A program made the position numbers and the translations under genes. A stretch of 64,000 nt of DNA from positions 7,522 through 71,521 of IMG/VR virus record IMGVR_UViG_3300028394_000070; one strand, given 5' to 3'. Below are positions 35,489 through 46,000 of the stretch, piece by piece. Position 1 is the first letter of the stretch, and each line of letters begins with the position of its first letter. The stretch comes from a virus. The notes below the pieces were generated by a model that did not search any database, was not told where the DNA came from, and worked only from the letters and a program-made list of their open reading frames with translations.

Positions 35489-36412
35489 TTATTGTTTATA
35501 TGATGTAACAGAGGCTTGAACACATTCGGCATATTCTCCACTTGAAGCATTAAGTGGTAGTGTACCGAATATCTGTATGCTTATTGGATTATCTAAATCT
35601 TCAGTAAGTCCAGTTCCACCAGGAGTACCCCATGATGATGTTTGTCCCATACTATCTGTATATGTTACAGTGTATCTTATTACAAATTGAGTAATTCTAT
35701 ATACCTCAATTCTAACATTAGAACTTCTTCCTGGGGATAATACTAAATTTGTATTTGATGGATTGTAAAAATAAGAAGATACGATACTGGTATTAGCTCC
35801 AATTAATACAACGTAAAAATATGACATCAATCCTTTAGCAGACCCTATATTGTTATTAAATAGAGCATCAATAACAATCTTATCATTGTCTTGAGGAAAG
35901 ACTAACAACCCATTACCTAGACTAAATGCACCCCATACACTTGTCCATAGGTTATTTGTAACTACCCCTCCTTGGCTTGATACCAACAACCCTGATCCAG
36001 AAGTCCCTGCTGGGCCTTGGCTACCTGGATTTCCATTTTGTCCATTCTGACCTGCTGCCCCTGTTGCTCCTATTGGCCCCGATGGTGACACACTAGCACC
36101 TGATAAAATAGGTAAACCATCAGATGTGTTACTAGCATATCCTAGGTTAGTAATGGTAATAGAGTCATTACCTGTGATAGAAACAACCTGATAATAACCT
36201 CCGTTGCCTGATGAATCAACGATAAATATAATCTGTCCTGGACTAGCCCAAGCATTAGAAAACTGACCTAGGGTAGATACATTTATGGAAACAGATGAGC
36301 CAGGTACTGGCTGTGTAAATTGTGATGTTGTTCTTGTAAATGCATTCTTACCATCTACACCATCTTGTCCTAATGGTAGGGTAATCTCGTCGCATCCTCC
36401 GCAGTTAGACAT
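35489..36412 (-). CDS. tail protein with short collagen-like segment
   Basis: (G-X-Y)n GPIGATGAAGQNGQNGNPGSQGPAG; N-terminal CGGC. Confidence 0.75.
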   Translation of the reverse strand: MSNCGGCDEITLPLGQDGVDGKNAFTRTTSQFTQPVPGSSVSINVSTLGQFSNAWASPGQIIFIVDSSGNGGYYQVVSITGNDSITITNLGYASNTSDGLPILSGASVSPSGPIGATGAAGQNGQNGNPGSQGPAGTSGSGLLVSSQGGVVTNNLWTSVWGAFSLGNGLLVFPQDNDKIVIDALFNNNIGSAKGLMSYFYVVLIGANTSIVSSYFYNPSNTNLVLSPGRSSNVRIEVYRITQFVIRYTVTYTDSMGQTSSWGTPGGTGLTEDLDNPISIQIFGTLPLNASSGEYAECVQASVTSYKQ

Positions 36413-36415
36413 ATC

Positions 36416-36985
36416 TTAGCAGGTTTTACAGGTTTTTTGATCGCATAGCGACTGTGCGTACACGAATATTTGGTTTGCTCTCTCGAACTTCTGGCTTAAG
36501 AAAGCCTTACGGAGAGTGAATAATGTATATTGAAGTATTGAAGCGTTGGTTAGTCTTCCGCTCTCGCAAGAGCAGCCTGGGGCTTGTCCATCTAGCATCT
36601 GGTCAGCACAGCATTGTAACTGCCCTATCAGAAATACCCGACGTGTTCTAGTGTATGTTACACCATCAGTTATTGTTGTTCTAACAAACTGATACTGTCC
36701 GTCAGTTATCTGCTGTAATGGAGATAAGCCTAGGTTGACATTGGTTATAATTTGAGGCTGGTCAATAACATTTGGAAGCGTACCAATCATCTGAACTGTA
36801 AATATTACACTACCATTAGTGTCCTGTATTGACATCTCATCTGACGTTGCTGAACCTAGTTCGGGGTTAGGATTTCCCCAACCCCCAAGGTTATTCGTTG
36901 AGTTATATATCCCCGTAGTGTCGTAAATCTCAATCGACTTAAGATCACTACTTTGTGCGTATGAAAAATCGATCTTTAATGCCAC
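36416..36985 (-). CDS. tail hub protein, crAss-like, Cys-rich C-terminus
   Basis: DTTG.Y...N.GGWG.PNP; CC..CSC..C..CKTC. Confidence 0.65.
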   Translation of the reverse strand: MALKIDFSYAQSSDLKSIEIYDTTGIYNSTNNLGGWGNPNPELGSATSDEMSIQDTNGSVIFTVQMIGTLPNVIDQPQIITNVNLGLSPLQQITDGQYQFVRTTITDGVTYTRTRRVFLIGQLQCCADQMLDGQAPGCSCESGRLTNASILQYTLFTLRKAFLSQKFERANQIFVYAQSLCDQKTCKTC

Positions 36986-37007
36986 CTTTTTTCCCTATTG
37001 ATGTGTC

Positions 37008-37015
37008 CAAAGATA
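37008..37015 (-). promoter_or_regulatory. -7 element TATCTTTG
   Basis: consensus match upstream of the tail operon. Confidence 0.6.
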
Positions 37016-37040
37016 TGCATTTTAGGATATAAATCAAATG

Positions 37041-40000
37041 TTAATCTCTAATCCTAAATTGTTCATCTATTTTATCCTCAATCTTTTCATCTATAGTCTC
37101 GTCTATAAACGCATTCTCACCTATTACCTTCTTAAGGATGTAGTCTTTGTAGCCAGATTCATTCTCATCATAGTTAGCTAAGAATTGATCCAGTTCTAAA
37201 TCAAACTCCATTTTAGATATACCTGATTTAAGTTCGTCATATCTGTCGTCGCAGAACTGTCTCATTATCTTCTTATACTCGTCACGAACTAGATTTTTTT
37301 GCTCTAGTGTAAGAGACTTAACCTTGCTTTCTCCTTCTTCATCATTAGGATCTCTCTCTACATAACTAAATATTCCTGGCTTGTCAAACTGGTCGTTGTC
37401 GTACTTCTTGAACATAGCATAATACTTGCCTCCTGGGCCATTCATGATTTGGTCTACCTGTGGGAATTGCAATACACCATCAGCACCTCTAACATACAGC
37501 AAGCCTTGGGTCCCAACAGGAAGGACACGTTTCGTCTTCTCCTCGATAGGAAAGTCAAATGCATCGGTCTTTTCCTTTCTAATGATATTCTCTATGACTG
37601 GAACACGGAATGTTACAAAATCATACCACTCCCTAGGATCTTTGCCTGCTATACCCTGTAATGACTTCATGTCTTGGTTAAAGTTCTTAACCTCAGCTGC
37701 AACGAAGAAGTTGCTAATCAGATTACTTACTTTTTTAGTAAATAATAACTGCGCTCGGTCTCCCATATCCTCTAGCCCTGGCGCACTGTATGAAGATTTC
37801 GCTCCAATTGCATCAGCTATCTCCATTACAGGCTTAATAGCTGCCTGATCTTTTACTAGCATTAGTTGCAAGAATGAAGACTGCATCATCTGCTGAGTCC
37901 ATGTTTCTGTAGGTTTCTCTGGGTTGTTGTTAAACAATACAACGTCGTTGTTTGCACCTATACTTCCAAACACAGCTGCTAGTAAAGGGTTGTCATTATA
38001 CCTAGTTACTAGTTTTCCATAACTATACACGCAATAAGGCTCTATACCATACATAGACTTCATGGCACTCATCTTAGAATATGCTCCAGGATCTGTATAT
38101 CCATACATAGGGCCTGTCACATAGGTCTTAAGGTTCTTCCACTGCCCATTAAACTCTTCACTACCTTCTTCAGCGGTCTTATCTCCAAAGAATAGCATAT
38201 GACGTTCGTTCTCACTTATCTTACCTACGGCCATGATGCCGTCTTTTAGTATTCCTTCTTTTCTCTCATCGTCATCGTCTAGTGCCTTTCCTATCGCACC
38301 TACTATCGCAGTGGTTGATAATATTGACAATGGAACCAATACAGCCTGTAGCATGGTATAACGAACGATCATCTCCTTCTTTTCCATGTTAACATCTCTA
38401 CCAAGTACGGTGGATGTTACCCTTCCATACATCTCTGTACGAATGCCTTCATTGGTATAGAATTCAGATGTTGCCTTATTTGAATTTAAGAGACCTCTTT
38501 GATTTTTTAACAATCTTGTTATTAACACAATCCCTCCTATAAGCGTATTACCCTGTAGGATCTTCTCTGCTGCGTTCATCGGAGCATTAGCGAACATATT
38601 ACCAATCAAAACCTGAGAACCTGGCATAGCCTTTCCTGGTAACTTAAGGAAATGAGCTAGTATACCAAACGTACCTGGAGGGTTACCAACCAAACCTACT
38701 TTACTAGCTAGTTCTTTTGCTGTTGATATAATCTCATCGATACGTGCGCCATCTAGTTCTGATGCCCATCCATTATTTACGATATAGGCAGCTGCTCTGT
38801 CTTTAGCACCCTCTCTAACAATCTCCATCACCCTTGCTCTGAATAATTTTACATTACGCTTTGCATTGATATCAAGTTCTGCCTCTGTGAATTCAATCTT
38901 TGCCTGAGCAATTGCTTTTACTACTGGAGAATCGCCTAAACCTGGTGTGAATTTAACTCCTTGGATATTAGCCACAGTATCTGCAATCTGTTTGGTAGAT
39001 AGTGTGATGCCATTTTGTTTCGCTAGGTATTTAATCTCATCATACAATAAGTCAGATATCCTTGCTCCTGTTGCTGCCGATGTAAACAATGTATCGATAG
39101 ACCCTAGGAACCTGTTAGACTTTCTAGCGTATTTACCCCATGCTTTTAATGCAGGAGATTCATTTTGCTTAGATAATATTTCTGCTGTATTTGTTGTATT
39201 GAAGTTCTCTGTTTCAACCATCCCTGCTAGGGTTAGTTTAGCATTGTTCATTCCTTCTTTAAACCAAACCTCAGTATTCTTCTCTCCTTTTCTTCCAAAG
39301 TATGACTTTGCAATCAATGGAATCAATCTAAAATCCCCCTCAAATGTTGCTCTAATAGCCTGTGTTACGAACTCATGTGGCATATTAATAACATTGGAGT
39401 TGAATGCCTTCACCATCGTATCCATTGAAAACAATACATTATGATATATCTGTGAAAGGATAATACTTCCAGCCAGTGAATCCCTTATCTTCTGGAATTC
39501 GATGTATGACATCATATCATTATAAAACTGCTGTCTTAGGATACTATTCGGCTTTGTCTTAGCAATCTGTTCTGCGAATATCTTTAGGTTATCACGAATC
39601 TCTTGGTTCATCTTTGGAAGACCGAAGATGTCAGAGAACAAATCATTCAGGTCGGTTAAGTTACCATCCTTATCTGTCAACGATGCATTTTGGTCGATGG
39701 CTCCGTACTTAATCATTTCGAATGCTCTTTCAGCACTTGACTTTTTAAGTATCTTATCCTTACTCTTGGTTCTAGGAACCGACCTTGCTAGTACCTTCTC
39801 TGCTGTCTTTTGTGCAAGCTTATCGTATTCCTTAGTAAACGCTTCGGTAATAGCCTGTGCGTCAGAATATGATATCCCTGTCTGAGAAACTAATCTATCA
39901 ACCAAGTCCGCTACAAAATCTTCTCTGTTTGATGCAATAGTCTCATTAGGCAGAAGGAGAATATCCTGTATCTTAAGTTGCTTATCCTTTACATCCTCTG

Positions 40001-43000
40001 CGAACGTAGCTGTAATCTTTTTTTCTGACCGTGGAAGAGCGTTCGCTATCGTGTCGTTAAAGAACGAATCTAGCTTTCTTCTCAACTCTGCCTTAGCTGC
40101 ATCTGTATATTTAGTAGGGTCAAGTGCTTCAATCTGTCTTTCAACAGCAGCTTTCGACTCGTTCCATATAGGCTTAGTCATTGTTCCGTAGTGGTACAAC
40201 AACCTTCTTAGCTTATCGAACTCAGTCTCATTTTCTACATCAAAATCTTTTATGTCCTGTGTCGCACGTTTAAACAACTCGTCCTTAATCAACTTGATAG
40301 GATCGGTCATCGGTGCTGAGGTTGGAGCCGTCTGTTTTGTTTTGAATACAATCCTCTTGGCTAATATCTCAGCGTTGTATGCTATCTGTGCGTTACCTGC
40401 CTCTCTCCAGATGTCATTCCACATCTCAGTGTAATGAGCATCAGAAATACTCATATTGTCTTTAGCTAGTTTTTTGGCGATGGCATCCTTGATATCATAG
40501 AAATCAAATATACCTCTCTCAAAATTCACCCTTGCTATTTCAGCTAGGATATCTACCACATCAGCATCCACACCAGCAGGATATTGTCTCCTAGCTCTTG
40601 TGTTTCCTAGTGCCTTTAATCTATCCTTAAGCTGCTGAAACAATGAGCGTTCCTTCTTAAGATTTTCTTGTGTTGGTGTTGCAGGTGTCGTCTGAGGCTT
40701 CGGTGGTTTAGGTGGCTTTGGTGTTGTCGGCTTCCCTGGCTTTGGTGGTGTTGTTACTGGGCCTCCTGTAGCAGTTGCTATAGTAGCTCTTACCGCATCA
40801 ACCTCTAAAGCTAGTCTAGCTGCCTCAGCCTTGGCATCCTTCAACTCTTTTATTAGTGCGTCTATCTTTGCCTTTTGTGACTTATCCGTAAATGCAGCCT
40901 CAACGTCCTGTAAGAACTTCTTCGCCTCAATGGTATACATACCCTCAGGGCTATTTAGATATAGCTTATACAATGCTGCAATTTCACGACCATTTTCTCT
41001 AGCACGTTCTGCTAGTAATGATGACGAACTGTTTATAATTTGCTGATACCTCAACTGCTCTGCGGACCCCTTTGCTGCCTTCTTAGCTAGTTTATATGCC
41101 TCATTAAGCACATTACCTACTATGAATGTTTTAACAGCACCAGAGAACTCGTTTGAAAGGTCATACAGATCTTGTACATCTTGAGGTCCATCGATACCAC
41201 CGAACTCGTCTACAACCATCTGAGCTATTCTCATAGCATCGTCTTGGTTCTGTACCGTGTAGTGTAATGACTCTTTTAGCTTGTTTATAATCTTACGATT
41301 TAAGCTCTTGTCAGAACCTAGTTTCTCAAGCTTTGTTTTAATTCTATCTAATACACTTGACTTTCTAGTCTTTGTTCCTTCTTGTTGAGCGAATCCCTGA
41401 CCGCCTTTATTCTCACCGAACTTAGGTCTATTGCCCTCTTTTATGTCAAACCTTAATTGGAAAAGGTCATTAGGATTTAGATCAATTCCATCATCTGATA
41501 GGCCGATATACAATGCCTCGTGTTCGTCATCTTTTATACCACCTGAAGCGTAAAAATTATCTAAGAATGCCTTTGCCTTGTCGTATATTTTAACCTGATT
41601 GTCACGGTCTGCCTTTGTACCCTGATCAGTAGCCCTAGCTGTGTTGTAGTACTGTTGGCTAGACTGAGTCCTTCTGGCTCTGGTGGTAGGTTCATCCTCT
41701 CTATATTGAACCTTTCCTGTAATTAAATTCTCGTCTTCTATATAGTTTTTAGCAGCTTTTAATGACCCTTTAAACACAACATCTCCATCAACTTCAGTAG
41801 TTACTTCCCATGTTCTGCTGTTTTTATTAGCCCTTTCCATTTGAAGTCTGCTAATATTATCAACAATTACATTAGGAGTAATCTGCTCTAATTCTAAACC
41901 CTCTTCATTTAATTCTATAATCTTAGGGTTATCACGGCTATACTCATTGTATGTTGACTTTCTAGCTCTAGTGGAAGGTTCTGCTTGCCCCTTCTCTTGC
42001 TCTAGCAACGGAGTGATTAACTTATCGTACCTGTCGTATATCTCTTTCAGCTTCGCTTCGTCATTAGGATCGGTAGCATCATTTTCAGCCTGCTCCTGCT
42101 CTCTTAACTGCGCTATCTGGTCTGTGACATTTACTTGGGTTCTCCTTGCCCTTGTCGTTGACTCCGCATTAGCGACTCCACGAACACCTCCATTTGGTCC
42201 TTGGTCAGGTGCTGTGCTAGTTCGCTCGGCTCCTCCACCTCTAATCTCTTTTGCGACTGCTTCGGCTTGCTCTCCAAGCCCTCTGTCTGTTGCGATTTCG
42301 ATGAATTGTTTGTCATATGATAATTTTAAGTTTGATGGTTCTTCTCCACGTAGCTTCGCCCAGATATCTTTTTCTGGATACCATAATATCGCTTGTACGT
42401 CAGCATTTGTTACGTCATAACCTCTTTCAACAAGACCCTTGCGTATATTATTTACTACACGTGTTATGACTCTTCGGTCTTGGTTACTAGGAATATCTAT
42501 AGGATTTAAATCCATTATAATATTCTTAGCTGCATTACCCCATTCTGGTTTCTTTGCGCTTATCTCTTCATTGGTTGGAATAAATGTCCTTCCATCTTTT
42601 TCATTTTGTAAAGATATCCAACCTTTTATAGTTTCGCCATCTTTTACTTTTTTATCATTTTGCGCTAATGGCTTTAATCCTTTTGCTTTCTGAGCTGCTG
42701 CGTATACTTTATACTTTTCTTTTTGACGCTCATTAAGTGCTTTTAATTTATTAGATGCTTGAACATATGACATCTCTCCAGACAAGAACTTAGCATACAT
42801 CTCCTTTGACATTGGGATATAATGTATATTCTTATAGTGATTATCTGCAATTAATCTAATTTCATCTGATATCGAATTTAATGCAGCAACAAAGTCTAGA
42901 TCATTCTCTCTATCAAATGTGAACTTATCGTCCATTGTCCAATTCAACTCACCTTTTTCATTTTTTACTTGGACTGGCTTATGTTTTTTAAATTCTTTTG

Positions 43001-46000
43001 GTAATTTGATATTTAATTCTTTGTTTTTAATGCCTTGCGTTACAGTCATATATAGCTTTGCCATACGATCTTCTGTAACACCATCTCCAACAACATCACC
43101 TGTCCATCTACCCCATGTCCTTCTCATCCATAAATCAATGGTTACAGGATCAAATTTACCCATAAGGTTCTGTAAGAATCCTTGACCAATCTTTGGACCA
43201 AAAATAGCTGCTCCATTTACATCATCATTTCTTAACCCTGATATCTTTACTTTATTTCCTGTGGCTTCTTTAAAAGCAGTTTCAAGATCAGCTACAGTAA
43301 ATCCTTTTGAGATAAACTCTTCCGCAGCATTAAGACCCATCTTATCTATGATGGTATTGGCTAGTTCTAGATTGGATGAAATAGCAGGGGCTTTCGCTCC
43401 ATATTTCTTTTTAGAATTAAATCTTCCATTCTTTTTAAAATAGTCGAATTGCTCTTCTGCATATTTTGTATTTACATCAACATTTAAATTTTGTGATGTA
43501 ATAGCTAATGCCATTCTTAGGGCCATTCTAGCAGCTCCTTCAGGATCTTTTTCTTTAGAAAAGACTTCGTACTTCATCGCACTAGCTCTTGATACTAATT
43601 CAGGATGAATGACCCCTGCTACTGCAATTGCTACTTGTATTGCCGTTGAATACCAATTGGCTGCACTCTCATTTTCATTATCTTCAAGAGCATCTATTGC
43701 TTCTTGAATACCATTATTAGTTATTAACTCTTCTTGTTCAGGTGTTATATCATCACTTGTAACAATAGAACCTCCCCAATAATTAGCTGCTGCATTTTGC
43801 AATTCTATTGCAACCGCAGCATTCTTTACCTTCTTTTCTGGTTTTGGTAATTCTTCGCTGTCTTTATATAAAATATTACTAGCAGACATTGGCATCTGTT
43901 CACTTGCAACTTTAGCAGGATCTGCTTCTATTGGTGCTGATCTTCTAGCTCTAGTAGTTGTGGTTTCATTTACATTGTTTTCAATATCATATTCAAGTCT
44001 TTTTACAGCTTGCTGCTTCATTACCTCTTCGGCAGAGTCGTATCCATCTTTATCAAATGATTTTGTATTAGCCTTTTCAACTTCAACTATCTCCTTATTA
44101 GTATTTACTGTTGTATACACTTGAAACTGACCAATTCTATCTTCAATTGTATTTCTATTACCGCCATCGTATATAATGAATACTACATCTGGTCTTCCAT
44201 TATTAAATTTTTTGAATGTTTCATAATCCCAATCTTTAGTAGTATTACCATTCTCAACCATTGGCTTATATTCATCATTAAATGCAGTTCTTGATACTGC
44301 TTTAAATCCAAAATCAGCATAATAATTAGGTAATATAGTATCAAAACATTCTGCTGTTGAAGCCCCTTCTTTAATACCAAGTATTAGTAATTGAGATACA
44401 TTTTTTGGTCTTGTAGGCGATGAAAATGCTCCTCCTAGGAATCCATCTTTTGTTATTGTAACACCTGTACTTCCATCTTCAGTGACAAACATTCTCATGT
44501 CATTGAATTCTTCTGGAGTATGTATCGTTACAGCTGCTGCAAATTTGTTGTCTTTTAATGAATTAATCATTAATTTCTTATACGCAACACCATCAGTAAT
44601 TTCATATACCTTTTGAACACCCATAAAATCAGGGAATGCTTTTTTGATCCCTTCATCTATTTTGTTATCAAGTGTATATTCTGCAATAGTATTTACAGTA
44701 AGCCCTCCAAGTCTTTTAGTTCCTCGTACGTCTCTTTTATCGATTCCCCTCGTACCGCTGCTTCTGCTAATGTAACTCTCCAATAACTTGGGTAAGTCTT
44801 CAACTCTTCTATCTGGTCGTCTGTCAATTTCTTGCTGCTCTTTGATTCTTCTTGCTGTTTCATTTTTCTTTACAGTTGATTCTTCAAAAATAGTATTTAT
44901 ATTTTTAGATTCTTCTTTTTCAGGTGTTCTCCTTGGTCTACTTACTGCAACTTGCTCATTTTCAGTTACAATATTTTTTGTTTGTTGCTTTAATAAAGGC
45001 TCTGCTTTACCTTGAACACCCTGTACGATTCCTGTACGTGTAGACTCAGCCATTGTGTTAAAGAAGTCAATGACATCATTCGTATCGTTCGTGTTCTTAA
45101 ACAATAGATTCGGATCTACAGATATTTTAAGCTTTCTAGCAGCTGATACAATTGTGTTGTTAATCAACTGAGCAATTCTAGAAAGGATAGGCTTAGGTAT
45201 CTTTCTTCCCTCTGCCGACATCATACCTCCAAGCTCCGCTAGGAACTCTTCGGCTGTGACATCCTCTTTATTAGGATCTCTATAGTTTTCAATAAAGTCA
45301 TTTAAGGAAGCTAAATCAGCTGACTCTAATACCTTGCTTAGTTTACCTTGGAATGACTTGAATAGCTTCTGGTCGTTACCAAATATAGTATGCAAACCAA
45401 CATGCATCGCTTCGTGTGCAAACGTACGTATAGCCTCTGCCCTTTCCTTAGGATCTTTCTTACCTAGCATTGTCTCTAGGTTAAAATGGACTGCCTTAGG
45501 CTTGCCATTATTACCCATCACAAAAGCTGCATCGTCAGTAAGATTATGTTCATTTGCCCCTGACGTAGAATATACAGAATCATAAAATTCTTGTGATGTA
45601 GAATGTACGTATATCTTTACATTGGGAGCTATCTTATTAATGAACTTTATAGCATTATTAAGAAGCTTGTATATCTTAGAGGCATCAGCCTGCTCGTCGA
45701 TCATACTGGTAACAGACTCAGATGGATTAGAGTAGTCGTACTCCATCTCTGCCAACTCCTGTTCAGATAATTTTCCTTGTTTTTCAGTTGGTTCCTGCTG
45801 CGTTTGCTTCTGTTGTCTTTCTTGCTTTACTACAGGCTTTGTCCTAGATTCAGGTTTCAGTCCAGTAGCCTCCTCGTTGATACGTGTTTCTTTTTTATAT
45901 CTATCAAGCATGGTGATATCCTCGCCTAGTTTCGCTTGGATCTCACTTATAGCTTCTATGGACTCAGTTAACTTCTGTTGCTTTTCTTTACTAGTGGTGT

